Shown here: piece after piece, positions 6,913 to 19,000 of the stretch | Layout: the number at the start of each line of letters is the position of its first letter | Numbering within the stretch: the stretch's first letter is position 1 | Virus record (IMG/VR): IMGVR_UViG_3300035429_000044 | Coordinates: 1-62,786 of that record | Length of the DNA: 62,786 nt | Direction: 5' to 3' (one strand) | From: a virus | Position numbers and translations under genes: made by a program | The notes under the pieces: generated by a model | The model's input: the letters and a program-made list of their open reading frames with translations, nothing else | What the model was told of the DNA's origin: nothing | Database searches by the model: none

Positions 6913-7244
6913 GCGGCCACCCCCAATCGGTGGAGGCGGTGTGGATAGGCGGCTAGGAGGCTAAGCCCCCCCCCACCCGAACGCGGGTAGGTGTCGCCGT
7001 CGAACCACATGAGATTCAACGGATCACCGTTCGCGTCGATGAGGGCGCGCATGGCGTCGTAATCCTGTTTGGACGCCAATATCATGGCGTACCATGCCAG
7101 GGATTCTCCCGTAGTGTGCGGTCCGGCGAGACGTAGGGACGCCGTGGTTTCCGTATCCAGATGGAATTGGACTGTGTAGCGTTTGTCCCTGGAGGCTGCC
7201 GGACGTGGATTCGGCAACAAATTGCGCGCTACCGGGTCACTCAT
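6909..7244 (-). CDS. Hypothetical protein, tail-fibre region (contains a G9 run)
   Basis: An ATG at 7244 (MSDPVARN..) is coupled to the upstream 44-aa ORF. 111 aa. Confidence 0.6.
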   Translation of the reverse strand: MSDPVARNLLPNPRPAASRDKRYTVQFHLDTETTASLRLAGPHTTGESLAWYAMILASKQDYDAMRALIDANGDPLNLMWFDGDTYPRSGGGGLSLLAAYPHRLHRLGVAA

Positions 7245-7371
7245 GGGGTTCGCCTCCCGTCTGCTGTTGCATGGTTTGGATTTGTGCTTGCAGTACGGCG
7301 ATCTGCCGGGCTTGCGCACTGATCTGATCGCACAAGCGGGCGATCACCTGATTCGCATCCACCTCAATCAT
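7237..7371 (-). CDS. Small coiled-coil protein (44 aa), below the ORF-track cut-off
   Basis: There is a perfect RBS (aaaGGAGGtct-ATG). The translation is MIEVDANQVIARLCDQISAQARQIAVLQAQIQTMQQQTGGEPHE. The stop overlaps the next start. Confidence 0.6.
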   Translation of the reverse strand: MIEVDANQVIARLCDQISAQARQIAVLQAQIQTMQQQTGGEPHE

Positions 7372-7387
7372 GAGACCTCCTTTCGGG

Positions 7388-8686
7388 TTAGATGATGATG
7401 GTGTAATTGACGCGGAACACGCCCGAGACCGCAGATGCGAGCCACACGTACCACCGTTTCGTGGAACCTCCGTACCCGGCGCCGGTCACCGCAACGTTCT
7501 GCGCGGTGACGTCACCGTTTGCCACGAGCACGGTCGGATACCCCTCCGTGATGCTTGTGCCGGTGATTTTCGCCCACTCGTCCTCCTCGAACAGTGTGTG
7601 CCGGTTCGAGCTCGCTGCCGGGGTGATGACCTTGCTGCCCGTGTAGATTCGTGGCATACGACACCCGTTGACAGTGACCGGGCTACCGTTGATAGCAACC
7701 CCTTCGGCTGGCGCACCGACACCGATGCCGATACCACGACCGCCCGCACTGAAATCCAAGAGGAAGCGTTGCGGGCCGACTGTTGTGTACGCGTTCACGG
7801 TCCCGTACTTGTCTTTCACGACCACACGGAACCGCCATGAGGCGTCCGCGGACAACCCTGTCAGGGTGACCGTGCCCGTGCCTGTGGCGCCGCTCGCGGT
7901 GACCGGCGTCTCTTTCCATGTGCCACCGTCCTGTACCGCGATTGTCACTGACTGCACTGTGTTCGCACTGTCACCGGAGGTGTCGCATTTCCATGTGACG
8001 TACAATTTCACGCGCGTGCCGGATTCAACCATATTGCCAGCCTCGTCCACGCGTTGCGCGGTGAACGATTGGATGGTGGGTGGTTTCGTCGCCAGTTTCC
8101 ACACCGCGTACAGGGTCACGTTGTTGTCCGCACTGTACTGGCCGCCAGGCTGATAGGCGACCGCACCGTTCGCACTCGTCGCCCACCCGAGGAACGTGTG
8201 GTTCGCGCGCGTAGGCCGCGTGCTCGACAGGGTGAGGACCTCACCCCACCATTTCGTCTGACCGCCAGGAGCCCCAGACCCGCCATTCGCGTTATATGAC
8301 ACGGTGTGCGAGGGTTTCGGTGGTACGTCCACGGCCACATGCACCTGACTGAACCCGGCCGCGAACCCGTTGACCCGCACATCCGCGATGCAATCGATGC
8401 TCTGCCAGTTACGGGTCTTGGACACCCTGAGGGTTTTCGACACGAGTTCGACCGTGCTGTTCGCTCCCACGTTCACGCCGGTCTTGTCCACGCCGGCCCA
8501 TTGGCCGTTGACGCACGCGCCGGCATGAATGTTCAGACCGGAATACCAGTAGCCGCCGAACGATTCGATCGAACTGGTGGTTTTGATGGTCGCCGACCCG
8601 TTGTCCTGCGCGATGATCTTCGAATGCCCCCGCACATGCCAATTGCCGACGTTGCCGCCCGTACCGTTGTTCTCACTGAGCGCCAT
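7388..8686 (-). CDS. Tail fibre / receptor-binding protein candidate with a Listeria-Bacteroides-type repeat
   Basis: 432 aa. The segment HTVSYNANGGSGAPGGQTKWWGEVLTLSSTRPTRANHTFLGWATSANGAVAYQPGGQYSADNNVTLYAVW fits the InlB-B/Flg_new repeat pattern. It is the last large tail gene. Confidence 0.65.
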   Translation of the reverse strand: MALSENNGTGGNVGNWHVRGHSKIIAQDNGSATIKTTSSIESFGGYWYSGLNIHAGACVNGQWAGVDKTGVNVGANSTVELVSKTLRVSKTRNWQSIDCIADVRVNGFAAGFSQVHVAVDVPPKPSHTVSYNANGGSGAPGGQTKWWGEVLTLSSTRPTRANHTFLGWATSANGAVAYQPGGQYSADNNVTLYAVWKLATKPPTIQSFTAQRVDEAGNMVESGTRVKLYVTWKCDTSGDSANTVQSVTIAVQDGGTWKETPVTASGATGTGTVTLTGLSADASWRFRVVVKDKYGTVNAYTTVGPQRFLLDFSAGGRGIGIGVGAPAEGVAINGSPVTVNGCRMPRIYTGSKVITPAASSNRHTLFEEDEWAKITGTSITEGYPTVLVANGDVTAQNVAVTGAGYGGSTKRWYVWLASAVSGVFRVNYTIII

Positions 8687-8687
8687 G

Positions 8688-11600
8688 TCACACCTCCTGA
8701 ACCGTTGCGCTGCCGCCGACGTATTGCAGGCTCATGTGTCCGTTGTCTCGTGGCAGGAACGCGAAATTACCGATACGCAACGTGTTCACGACCTCCGCGT
8801 TGTTGATGTACAGGCGGTCGTTCGACACGTAGGCGGCGACAGTGTTGCCCGCACGGAATTGCATCATCGTCGAGGTCAATTGCACGCTGTACGCGTCCGC
8901 GTTCGTCAGGTCGCCGATGGTCAACCCGTTGTTCGGGTCGAACTGCATGTACTGTTTACGTGCGTCGATCTCCTCGTCCAACCGGTCTGCGGTCGCCCCA
9001 ACCTGTGTCTGCACATTCGTGACGGATTCACCCAATGCGTCGGTCGTCTGAGTGAACGTGGCGAGCGGCGTATACGAATCATGCACCTCGTCGGTCAGGT
9101 CGGATACACGGCTATCCGCCGCGATGCCCGACGTGCCCAAGTCCACGGCACCGTCAGCCGCGAAACTGATGACCGTATGGCCGCCATGCGTGACCGTCAA
9201 CCCGGCAGACGTGATGCTCACCCGGTTGTCCGCGTCCGTGCTCGTATAGATGTTCGTGCCGACCATCTCGCCGGCCGAAATGGTCGGCGCGTTGAACACG
9301 GCGTTCGTGGAAATGGCGCCGTCGAGTTTGAGCTCACCCGTGGCTGCGGTGAACGTCATCGAGTATTCCTCTTTGCCGTTGTTCTTGTATGCGAACATGC
9401 CGCCGTCGGTAATGACCATGCCACGGTATTTCTTCGCGGCTTCACTGGACTGCCACTCGGTGTTCGTGCGGATGACCGCACCCGTGATGGCTGCGCCCGA
9501 TATTTCCCCGCCCGACTGGATGGCGCCTTTGAGGGAGAGCACCCACTGGCCGTCATCGTTTTTCGCATACGACAAATGGTCACCGAACACAACGCCATCC
9601 GAGTTGAGGCGGGCAACGGTGTGTTTGTCCGCACCGCTGCCAGTAGTGAGCTGGTAGTCGGCGCCCTCGATACTGCCGCCGCTGATCGCCGGCGTGCTGA
9701 TGCCGGCCCCGATGATGTTGACCGACTGCAGGATCGCCTCACCGGTTTTCGCGTCCAATGTGACGACCGGATTACCGGACGAGTCCACCATCGTGAACCC
9801 GTTGTTGTTGAGCTGGATGCGCTCGTTCGACGTGAGGAACGCGCCGCCTTTGACGACCGCACCGTCGAAAAAATCCGCCGACACGAGACCCGCGCTCACG
9901 GTGCCGCGCACGAACAAACTGTCCGCGGCGAGCGTGAGGTCAGCCCACCGCGTGCCGTTCCACGTCCAGATATGTTCGACCTCGCCTGAATGGTCGACGA
10001 GCACGGAAACGGAATTGTTCGGTTCGCCCATCCAATATGTTTCGAGTGGTTTGCTCGACGTCTGCCACCATTCGTCACCCGGTTTGAGTAGATCATAGTT
10101 GGGCTGCTCCGGTTGCACGAAGCGTTTGTTCTTGCTGTCGGCGGTGGTCTGGGCTCCGATGACGGCCGCCTCCGCGGCCTCCAGGCGGGCGTTCGAGTTG
10201 GCTAGATCAGTTTCGAGCTTGCGGGCGAGCTTGGTCGCCTGCTCGGCCTGCTGTTCCGCCTCATACACGAGCGTGACGTCCGTGATGGAGGCGTCGTCGA
10301 AATACGCGTTCACGGGCTGGTTGAACGCGATTCTGGCGCGAATGTATTTCACGCCGTCGGGGATGACCGCCTCCTGCACGGACTCAGCCCACGTATCCCC
10401 GGTGAATACCATGTTGACAAGCGGCTTGAAATCCGTCCACGACGTACTGTCGGTGACCGTGGTGGAGGGCGTATACTGCAGGCGCAAACCACCATTGTCA
10501 TTGCCCGACAGGGCGGTGAGCAGTTTGTACCACACGCGGAACCGGTACCGGCTGCCCACCGTCACCGCGACGGGCTTCGTGCTGACCAGCTCCCGCGTGC
10601 CCGCACTGCCGTTGAGATAGGCTCGCCACCCACCAGAGCGGCACCATGGGCTCTGCTGGGCGAATCCAGCCCCGGCCACATTAGTCGTCCAGCCTTCCGC
10701 GCCATGCTCGAACCCACCGTTAAACAGCAATTCCTCAACTTGTGTGGACAGCACGTTGAGCAGTGCCTGCGCGCTGGCCGCGGCCTGTGCAGCAGTGTTC
10801 GCGGTGGCCGCGGTGATCGCGTGCGCCTTGTCGAGACGGTCGACCTCACCAGCCGTGGTCTGGCTGAGCGTGTCCGCGTTCTGCGCGAGTCTCGCCGCAT
10901 CCTCCGCGCTGTTCTGCGCGGCCTGCGCCATTTTATAGGCGCCCGACTGCGTGACCTCCGTCCACGCCCACTGCCCATCGCTGTAATCCACACGCGTGGA
11001 CGTCCACAGATTGCTCGCCCGGTCCAACGCGGGCTCCACCGCGCTCCACGCACCCTCGGGGTTCTTGCCGGCCGGTTTGGCCGGCTTCGACACGGCGAGC
11101 ACATAGTAGGGGGTGATCGCGGTCACGCTCACACCAGTCGCACCCGTCGCGCCCTGCGGGCCAGCCGGGCCGGTCGGACCAGTCGCACCCGTGGCACCTT
11201 GCGGGCCAGCCGGCCCCTGTGGGCCGGTCGCACCCGTGGCGCCCTGTGGGCCCTGTGGGCCGGTCTCACCGGGCGCGCCCTGCAGACCCTGCTGCCCCAT
11301 GGGGCCAGTATCACCCGTCACCGGTGTCGCGCCCGTGACCGTCGTGCGCCCGCCGCCGTAGGTGATCTTGGTGCGCATCCACACTGTCGCACCGGCTGGA
11401 CGGGTCACATTCCCGGTCGTCCACCCGCTCGTCGGGGCCGCGGTGGCGCCACCCACCGCATACTCGATCGTCGAGCCGGTGATGGTCTGCGCGGCGTTGT
11501 CCGTGGCGAGCTGCTTCGCCGCGTTCGCGGTCCGCTCCGCACCCTCGGCCGTGCCCTTCGCCGCGTTCGCGGTCCCGGTCGCTTTTTCGATGTCCTTGGC

Positions 11601-12437
11601 CTGCTGCTCCTGCGTACCCTCCACGCTCTCCACACGCGACACCGTGTCGAGCATGTCCTGCTTCACACTGGCGACGTCCGTCACCATGCCAGCGTAATCG
11701 CCCTTGAGTTTCTCGGTCTCCGTTTTGATGGCGGCCGTCGTCTCACGTGCTGCCTTGTCCGCCTCCGCACGCAGGTAGGCTTCCTGTTCGAGCCCCTCAC
11801 GGTTCGCCTCAATCGCCTGCTGTGCCTCGGTGATCGTCGTGTTCACCTTGTCGATCTGCGCTTTCACGGATTCATCCGCCGCCGCCAGGATGTTGTCGGC
11901 GGCCTCGTCGAACTCCTGTTGGCTGACGATGGGTAGAATCTCCACCTGCACATGCTCGGATTCCACCGACTCGTTAAACGCCGGGGAACCGTCCCTGTCG
12001 TGCGCGTTGTCCAATGCGGTGGCCCACACGTCCAACGTGGTGCCCGCAGCGAACACACCCGTGTTCACCTCACCAGCAGACGAAAGCACACCCACCAACG
12101 TCTTCTCATCCGCCGTGGCGCCCACCTGTTTCGCCCAGATTTGCACACACCGGAAATCGGACGGAATGCCACCTTCCAATTCCCCGCCCCAGCGAATAAG
12201 CGCGGTACCAAGATGCGAGGTTGCTTCAATGTCCAACGGCTTGCCGGGCGGGGTCGTGTCCCCCACCCACGGCGCCACACCATTCACACCCAACACCGTG
12301 TCCGACCCGTCACGGTTGGGCACGACGATCACGCCGGCGGTACGCGCCGCGTTGTCCGTGCCCAGCAGACGGTTGGCTCGCGCCGCCATGAACGGCAGCG
12401 CCGCATCGTCCGGGTTCAGTTCCTCATGAATCGCCAT
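8688..12437 (-). CDS. Large tail fibre protein with coiled-coil and collagen-like segments
   Basis: 1249 aa. It carries about 20 Gly-X-Y triplets, long Ala/Gln-rich coiled coils and a position downstream of the tail tip genes. Confidence 0.8.
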   Translation of the reverse strand: MAIHEELNPDDAALPFMAARANRLLGTDNAARTAGVIVVPNRDGSDTVLGVNGVAPWVGDTTPPGKPLDIEATSHLGTALIRWGGELEGGIPSDFRCVQIWAKQVGATADEKTLVGVLSSAGEVNTGVFAAGTTLDVWATALDNAHDRDGSPAFNESVESEHVQVEILPIVSQQEFDEAADNILAAADESVKAQIDKVNTTITEAQQAIEANREGLEQEAYLRAEADKAARETTAAIKTETEKLKGDYAGMVTDVASVKQDMLDTVSRVESVEGTQEQQAKDIEKATGTANAAKGTAEGAERTANAAKQLATDNAAQTITGSTIEYAVGGATAAPTSGWTTGNVTRPAGATVWMRTKITYGGGRTTVTGATPVTGDTGPMGQQGLQGAPGETGPQGPQGATGATGPQGPAGPQGATGATGPTGPAGPQGATGATGVSVTAITPYYVLAVSKPAKPAGKNPEGAWSAVEPALDRASNLWTSTRVDYSDGQWAWTEVTQSGAYKMAQAAQNSAEDAARLAQNADTLSQTTAGEVDRLDKAHAITAATANTAAQAAASAQALLNVLSTQVEELLFNGGFEHGAEGWTTNVAGAGFAQQSPWCRSGGWRAYLNGSAGTRELVSTKPVAVTVGSRYRFRVWYKLLTALSGNDNGGLRLQYTPSTTVTDSTSWTDFKPLVNMVFTGDTWAESVQEAVIPDGVKYIRARIAFNQPVNAYFDDASITDVTLVYEAEQQAEQATKLARKLETDLANSNARLEAAEAAVIGAQTTADSKNKRFVQPEQPNYDLLKPGDEWWQTSSKPLETYWMGEPNNSVSVLVDHSGEVEHIWTWNGTRWADLTLAADSLFVRGTVSAGLVSADFFDGAVVKGGAFLTSNERIQLNNNGFTMVDSSGNPVVTLDAKTGEAILQSVNIIGAGISTPAISGGSIEGADYQLTTGSGADKHTVARLNSDGVVFGDHLSYAKNDDGQWVLSLKGAIQSGGEISGAAITGAVIRTNTEWQSSEAAKKYRGMVITDGGMFAYKNNGKEEYSMTFTAATGELKLDGAISTNAVFNAPTISAGEMVGTNIYTSTDADNRVSITSAGLTVTHGGHTVISFAADGAVDLGTSGIAADSRVSDLTDEVHDSYTPLATFTQTTDALGESVTNVQTQVGATADRLDEEIDARKQYMQFDPNNGLTIGDLTNADAYSVQLTSTMMQFRAGNTVAAYVSNDRLYINNAEVVNTLRIGNFAFLPRDNGHMSLQYVGGSATVQEV
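11133..11315 (-). repeat. Collagen-like Gly-X-Y repeat region (aa ~375-435 of the fibre)
   Basis: [61 protein letters not shown]. Confidence 0.9.
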
Positions 12438-12455
12438 ATGGCAACCTCCCTCAAC

Positions 12456-14099
12456 TCAGGTCACGGGGTCGGCCATGATGTCGAACGTCAGCTCGACCTT
12501 GCCCGTCTCATCGCCGCTCATCTGCATCAGCCGCATCGCATACACGCCGTCAGGCACGTCCGGGAACCCCTGAATCGACACGTCGAACATCTCCCCCGGC
12601 CAGAAACTGCCCAACGCGTGCAACGGCATGCCACCCGACACGTCGAACGCGTTGATCTCACCCTTGATTTGCATCAACGGTCGTGAGTTCGCCTGCAACA
12701 CGGCAGTGGCGCCACCACGCAACACGTTGATCTCCTCGGCCTTGGAATCCTGATACGTGGATTCCATGAGCGGCCACGGGTCGCTCCGGGTCACCAATGA
12801 CAGGTCCTCGGCCAACACCGTCAACGTGCCACTGCCGGTACCAGCGCCGACACCGTACACGCGGTGCACGGGTTGCGCACGGTCCACCGTCACGTTCTCC
12901 AACGTGCACGACTGGCCCGCCGCATACGTCAAACTCAACCGCTTGTCCTGATACAGGAACACGTCACCATCGGAACCGGCGAGGAACCGGAAACGGATAT
13001 GCTGCCCGTCCTCGGTCAAATAGGGGCGGAATTGCATGTCGGGCCCGCCAGCCGAATTGGCGATGGCGCGTAGGATGTCCGAACACCGGTGGTTCACCAC
13101 ATTGAAGTCACGGTACTTCACCTCGGTTGGTTTCTGCTCCACCGTCGTGGTCGGGCCCTCGGTATGCTTCGTGCTGCCGGTCTCCTTGCCGTCCTTGTCA
13201 TACGAATACGTCGTCACGGTTTTCGTGACGGTCTTCTCGACACGGTACGAGCCTTTCGGTTTCGTCTCCGTCTTCACCTCGGTCACCGTGCGACCGGTAC
13301 GGATTGTCTTCTGCTTGTCACGGGTGCGTTCGACCCGCTTGCCTTTCTGCCATACCGTGTACTTCTCCTTGACCGTGACCGTCTTGGACGTGACCTTCTC
13401 CGTATGGTCCACGACCGTCGTTTTATCGGCCTCTACAGTGGTCGAAACCCACCCGTCCGACTTGTTGACCTTCTTCACGGTCTTCTCACCGGATTCAGGC
13501 TTGTCCTCCTCATCACCGGCCACCTCCGGCAGCTGGTGCGTGCCATGCTCACCCAAATACGGCAAGTCAATCGGCAGCGCGCCACCGGGCTTCACCTCCG
13601 TGCACTGACGGATCGTCTCACACGCAAGCGCTCGATACGACAGGTTCACCCAACGGAACTCGTCAGGCGAACTATTGCCCGCTCCCTTGCCGAATCGCCC
13701 CTCATGCACCAAATACCGGTCCTCAAGAAGCCCCAGCATCGACACGAACGGCACACTCACGTCCAACTGGGAGGACTTGCGCACACCAAGCGCGCCAGCC
13801 AACACGGGCCGGCCCGGCTTGTTCGGGTCATCAGCCTGCGAATGCCAGAACAGGACAAGGCCACGCTTGTACGGCATCAACGCCGACGCGCGAGCGGCAG
13901 CGTCCACACCGGGAATCTGCCCCCACGGCAACTCCAAGCCCGACACGTCATCAATCCCGAAACCCTTGTCCTTCGTCGTGGAAAACGACGCGTCAGACAC
14001 ACTCATCGACCACGTGAACGACGGAACGTCGATCTGTTGGCCGAGCAAACCGGTCACCGTGTCATACAAGAACGCGTTCCAACCATCACGAAACGCCAT
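12456..14099 (-). CDS. Minor tail protein (tail tip)
   Basis: An ATG at 14099 (MAFRDGWNAFLYDTVTG..) lies 2 nt after the upstream stop. 547 aa. Its position and N-terminal pattern are typical of actinophage minor tail proteins. Confidence 0.65.
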   Translation of the reverse strand: MAFRDGWNAFLYDTVTGLLGQQIDVPSFTWSMSVSDASFSTTKDKGFGIDDVSGLELPWGQIPGVDAAARASALMPYKRGLVLFWHSQADDPNKPGRPVLAGALGVRKSSQLDVSVPFVSMLGLLEDRYLVHEGRFGKGAGNSSPDEFRWVNLSYRALACETIRQCTEVKPGGALPIDLPYLGEHGTHQLPEVAGDEEDKPESGEKTVKKVNKSDGWVSTTVEADKTTVVDHTEKVTSKTVTVKEKYTVWQKGKRVERTRDKQKTIRTGRTVTEVKTETKPKGSYRVEKTVTKTVTTYSYDKDGKETGSTKHTEGPTTTVEQKPTEVKYRDFNVVNHRCSDILRAIANSAGGPDMQFRPYLTEDGQHIRFRFLAGSDGDVFLYQDKRLSLTYAAGQSCTLENVTVDRAQPVHRVYGVGAGTGSGTLTVLAEDLSLVTRSDPWPLMESTYQDSKAEEINVLRGGATAVLQANSRPLMQIKGEINAFDVSGGMPLHALGSFWPGEMFDVSIQGFPDVPDGVYAMRLMQMSGDETGKVELTFDIMADPVT

Positions 14100-14101
14100 G
14101 G

Positions 14102-15028
14102 CTACACCGCCGCACCCACATCGACAATCAGGAAACGACGGCCCGTCCACACCGCGTTCTGGTCACCGGTCGCATCGTTGTAATGGAAGTTCGGCTTCGA
14201 CCCATACCCGAACCAGCCACCGATCTCCGCGGTATGCGTGCCCGCGGCCACCGCCGAAATATAGCTCGTCTCATGGGTCGTCCACGACGTGTTATGGGAC
14301 ACCATGTTGGTCGCGGAATGATCCAACGGCACACCGTCCACATAGAACTGCATCGCCCACTCGCTCACACTGTCCTTGGTCGCGTTCTGCGCCGAGAAAT
14401 TGCACTTGTACGTGAACCTGAGCAACCGGTCCGTGGGAAGCGTGAACGTGACCTTCTGCTCACGCACGATCACACCCTTGTTCGCAGTCCACGAGAAATT
14501 ACGCCGATCCCAGTTCTCCGCGACCACACCAAGCGTGGACCCGTACGGCAACGCGTACGGCACCGTCCATATCATCGACGCTGATTGCGTGCTCGTCGCC
14601 CCGGCCGGCATGCGCATGCAACAAATCTCGGTCGCATCAGCGGGAATCACCGGTTTCACCGGGTTCGCGGACGCCACACCCATCGTCACACCCACATGCA
14701 CCTGATTGTCTTTGTCGGACGAGTAATCGGGCTTGTTGTTCGCCTTGATCCAGATGACATCCACACGAGGGTTCGACGGGTCACCAGCGTTCACCGCTTC
14801 CTCGGTCGTACCACCCGGCCAATACGCGAGCATCTTCCCATCACTGGCCGCGCGTGAACACACCGCGACACCAGCCGCAACCGCATACTTCAAATCGGAA
14901 CGGCCAGTCACCTTCAACCCGTCCACGACGCCCTTGTTCTGGAAGAACGCGCCGATAATCATACGGTGCGTCAACGGGGTCACACCATTGTCGTTCTCAT
15001 CGACGCTCACACCCAACGCGGTGGTCAT
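14102..15028 (-). CDS. Minor tail protein
   Basis: An ATG at 15028 has a strong RBS (aaaGGAGGcgcgtATG). The track ORF start at 15088 is a TTG with no RBS. 308 aa. Confidence 0.65.
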   Translation of the reverse strand: MTTALGVSVDENDNGVTPLTHRMIIGAFFQNKGVVDGLKVTGRSDLKYAVAAGVAVCSRAASDGKMLAYWPGGTTEEAVNAGDPSNPRVDVIWIKANNKPDYSSDKDNQVHVGVTMGVASANPVKPVIPADATEICCMRMPAGATSTQSASMIWTVPYALPYGSTLGVVAENWDRRNFSWTANKGVIVREQKVTFTLPTDRLLRFTYKCNFSAQNATKDSVSEWAMQFYVDGVPLDHSATNMVSHNTSWTTHETSYISAVAAGTHTAEIGGWFGYGSKPNFHYNDATGDQNAVWTGRRFLIVDVGAAV

Positions 15029-15117
15029 ACGCGCCTCCTTTGCATACAAGAAGACCGCCACACCCCAATGGGGTATGACGGTCTCCAACTCCTTGATTTC
15101 CTACTCGAAACAGGTGG

Positions 15118-16077
15118 CTACATCCATGTGTCCCGCACCAACGCGTTCACAAACCCAGTGCCGGCCGTACGCAACGTGACCGTGATCGACGCACCCGGTT
15201 CAATCACGGGGAAGCCGCGCTGCTCCAACGTGCGCGACACATCCAATCCACCAACAGACGCGGTACGGCTACGAGAATCCAAAACGAGAGGCTCACCATA
15301 CACGGGTTGTGAGCATTTCAACCACAAACCGGTGCCCTCCACAACCAGATCGACACCGTTCGGCATCGGCCCATTACACGTGAACACTGGGTACGCGCGG
15401 GACGTGCCATGATTCTCGAGCACCAACTGGTTCGACTGCAACGAGGTACGCGGCCCCGCATACGTCAACGGATACCGCAACCCTTTCGTGCCCGACAAGT
15501 CAGGGTATTTCAGAACCGACACACTGTTGTTCGGTTCACCCAACCAATGCGTAGAGAGGAGCTTTTGATTGTAGGACAAGCCACCCTGGCCACGGCCAGC
15601 GGTATCCACCGGCAACAATTGACCCGTCTGCGGTTGTGCCGCCAGAATCTCAGGACGGTTGCACACCACCGTGAGCACACCCTCCATCAAATCCGGCTCC
15701 CACTCGGCAGGCCCCTCAAGTTGGAACATTCCCTCCACATACGCGTCCCGAGTATCATCGACAAGCCTCAACCGCACCAAACGATGCGTGAATTGGCGTA
15801 CCTTATCCCACTCACGCAAGGTCTCACCACGGTCGCCACCCATCGCCGCCACATGCACCTGCACCGTACGCGACGCGTAATCAATGACCGAATCGGGAAT
15901 ATCATGCGCACCATCACCGCTCCCACGTTCAACCGTGCTTACCTTCAGGTCAGGCGTCGAATACCAGCCCGTGATACCCGCCTCGAGAAAATACAAGCGG
16001 GCCCCCTCCCCCGGTTCGCATTCGAAACGAACCGGGGGAACACCGTTCGTGGACAATTCCAAAAAAGCGACACTCAC
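15118..16077 (-). CDS. Distal tail protein (Dit-like)
   Basis: 319 aa. A GTG start forms a GTGA overlap with the tape-measure stop, the canonical position after the TMP. Confidence 0.65.
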   Translation of the reverse strand: MSVAFLELSTNGVPPVRFECEPGEGARLYFLEAGITGWYSTPDLKVSTVERGSGDGAHDIPDSVIDYASRTVQVHVAAMGGDRGETLREWDKVRQFTHRLVRLRLVDDTRDAYVEGMFQLEGPAEWEPDLMEGVLTVVCNRPEILAAQPQTGQLLPVDTAGRGQGGLSYNQKLLSTHWLGEPNNSVSVLKYPDLSGTKGLRYPLTYAGPRTSLQSNQLVLENHGTSRAYPVFTCNGPMPNGVDLVVEGTGLWLKCSQPVYGEPLVLDSRSRTASVGGLDVSRTLEQRGFPVIEPGASITVTLRTAGTGFVNALVRDTWM

Positions 16078-19000
16078 AAGCGCGCCTCCCTCCTAGCGGT
16101 ACGCATCAACGCCGCACGGTCAATCTGCGCCGCCGCATGCAAATCCTGATCCGAACGCACGATCTTCGTGCTCACGTTGAACGTCTGGTTCACCGTCTTG
16201 CCACCATCAATGACCACGGTCATCGAATCCTGGCTCAACGCCTTCTGCACCCTGCCACCCGTCGCATACGCGCCACGCGCCAAACTCACAGCAGACGCCA
16301 AATACCGGTTCGAAGCATTCGCCAACGCCTTGTTGACATCACCAGTACGGTTCAACACGTTCAGGAAGTTCGGGCCAACCTCACGATCCAGTTTCGCCAC
16401 CGACGCCGCACGAATCACATGCTCGTTATTCGACAACATCGCAGGAATCGAATCACTCGTACCCGTACCCGGACCATGAATACGACCACCAGTAGCAGCA
16501 TGAACCTCACCGGAGCCACGGGTCACGATGTCCACATAACGTGTCGCGATCACCGAACCGTTCGTGCTCGCAATCGCACTGATGACAGCGTTCGCACCGG
16601 AAGCATCGCCGTCGACACGCGCCCAAGGCTTCGCAATCGTCCGTCCATTGAACGCCTGAATCAACATGATAGCCATACGAGCCATCGTGTTCTCACCCTG
16701 CACACGCGTCCACGGCTTCGAAAGCGTCCTACCACCAAACGCCGCGATGGCGTTGATAGCCAACGACGCCAACACGTTTTCACCCAAGACACGAGCCCAA
16801 GGATTCGCAATCGTCATCCCGTTGAACGCACTCACACCACCAATGGCATTACGCGCCTGCGTATCGTCACCGAGAATGAGCGCCAACATGGAAGCCAACG
16901 TTTGACCACCAAACGCTTGCATCGCCCCGATTTTCGTACGCGCATCAGTGTCATCACCCTCCACGCGAACCTTCGCCGGAGGAATGAACAAGGAACCGAT
17001 AATCGAACCGATACTCGCAATCGTGCTCACAATGGACGGTTGTTCAACCTCGGTCTGCACCGGCTTCTTCACCGCCACCGCAGCGAACGCATTGACCTTG
17101 CTCTCAGCCTCATCAAGCGACAAATCAGCCGGAATCGTCTTCATGGCCGAATTGTCATTGATGAACGCGGACATCTTCGCCTTCGCAGGGTCAGTATCCG
17201 CATCGACCTTCTGCTTCGCTTTGGAATTGTTGATTTCATCCAACAAGCCAAGCCAACCATGTTCAGCGGTCAACGTGTCGCAAATCAGTTTGATCTGCGC
17301 ATCGCTCATGCCCAGTTCGCGCAGCTTGTTCTGAATATCAGCAAGTTTCGCCTTGCCCTCTTCAGACCTCACGTCAATGTTCGCCGGCCAATCAATGCCC
17401 AAGCCCTTCAACGCGGACTTGATGTCATCAATCTTCCCGGAAGCATTGTCATCAGTGACACTGAGCAACATGTTCACATCAGGATTGTTGCGCAGTTCCT
17501 GAACCTTCTTATAGGCTTCATCAATAGTCTTGATGTCACCGTTCATCACAAGGTTCATCACCATGTCGAAGGTCTTGCCGTCATCATCAGGGAACGCGGC
17601 CCGCAGGTTGCTGACGAACAATTCGATCATGGACTTCGCCTCGTCAGCGTGCACCTTGATGAGCGTATCCACCTGTTCAGGGATAAGCCCATACTGTTGC
17701 GCCAACTGTTCAGCCGCCTTTTGTGGCACCCCCATGTCAATCGCGGTTTGGATGAACTCGTCACGCATTCTGCTGGTAGCGGCCGTGACCTGTTCCGCAG
17801 AGGAACCAGACTCGACCATCTTCTCCATCACGTCATACGCGGACGAACCCAACGTTTCCAACGACTGTTGAGCCAACCGACCCGATTCGGACATCGTGTT
17901 GAACGCGCCCTCAACGCCCGGAAGCAGCGTACTGGTCTCGTCCCACACCTTGTTCTGATCGTTCGTCAACTCTTTGACACGGGCAACCGTGTCCTGCATA
18001 CCGGAAAGCGTCGCCTGATAGTTCGACGCGGCAGACATCGCATTACGTGCAGCCACACGCTGATCGTTCAACGAATCCACGTGCATACGCGTCGCTTGAG
18101 CCACCATCTTCTGACGTTGCTCCTGCGTTGCGATCTTCACCGCCAACTGGTCGGAGGAAATACCCGCCTCGATAAGAGACTTCGCGTATCCTTCCGTGTA
18201 CCCGTTCGCTTTCGCGGTCTCCTCGGCGGCGTCGATATACTTCTTACGCAACGCCTCCATGCTCTGCCGATACTTCTTCGCGGATTCTGCGGCATCGGTC
18301 ATGACAACTCTTGTACCCGATGTGGTCGAACCGTACATGCCTTGCACCTGAGTGCCTTGCGTGATGATGTCCGTCAGACGGTCGAACTCTTTTTGATATT
18401 CCTTGGTGCTGCCGGAAGCGACCCCAATCGCCTGTTCAGTGGTGATACCCAGAGTACGCATCGCTTCTGTAGTGTCAGCCACACCATTGAACACGTCATC
18501 AAGCCAGGAATGTTCACCCAAATCAGGATTGTTCAACGCGTCACGCAATGACTGTTGAACAGCGTTCATCGAAGTAGACGCATCATACCCCTCGTCGGCC
18601 AAACGGCCGAACGCCGAAGCAATGTCATCCACGATCTGCTGGTTGGACGCGGCTTTCGAACTCATGTCCGACAATGCCGCGCCAACTGCGCCCACAGCGG
18701 CGATAACACCAGCCACAGGCCAATTGACAGCACTGAACAAGCCACCAGCCAACGCCTTGAACTTACCAAACGCGCCAGTCGCCTGAGCCACGGCACCAGT
18801 CACGGAAGACAACGCCGGAGACGCCGAAGCGAACCCACTGAGCGCGTCCTTCATGCCGATACCGACACCCTTGGCTTCCAATCCAAGACCATTCAGCATC
18901 TTGCGGTACTGCAACATGTTCGCAGTGGTCTCAAGGATACCCACTTTGAGGCTGTTGAACGCGGACATGCCAGCACGCCCGAACGTCGCCCACAAGCCAA

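Noticed and set aside
7388-12437. Diversity-generating retroelement or shufflon acting on the fibre genes
   Set aside because: There is no reverse transcriptase anywhere in the window. I found no template/variable repeat pair and no inverted partial fibre cassettes by eye. The only internal repeats are collagen triplets.
8577-14183. Multiple + strand ORFs (470, 410, 364, 244 aa ...) across the tail-fibre genes
   Set aside because: They are antisense to coherent tail genes, and their composition is dominated by R/G/V/H. They have no coupling or RBS.
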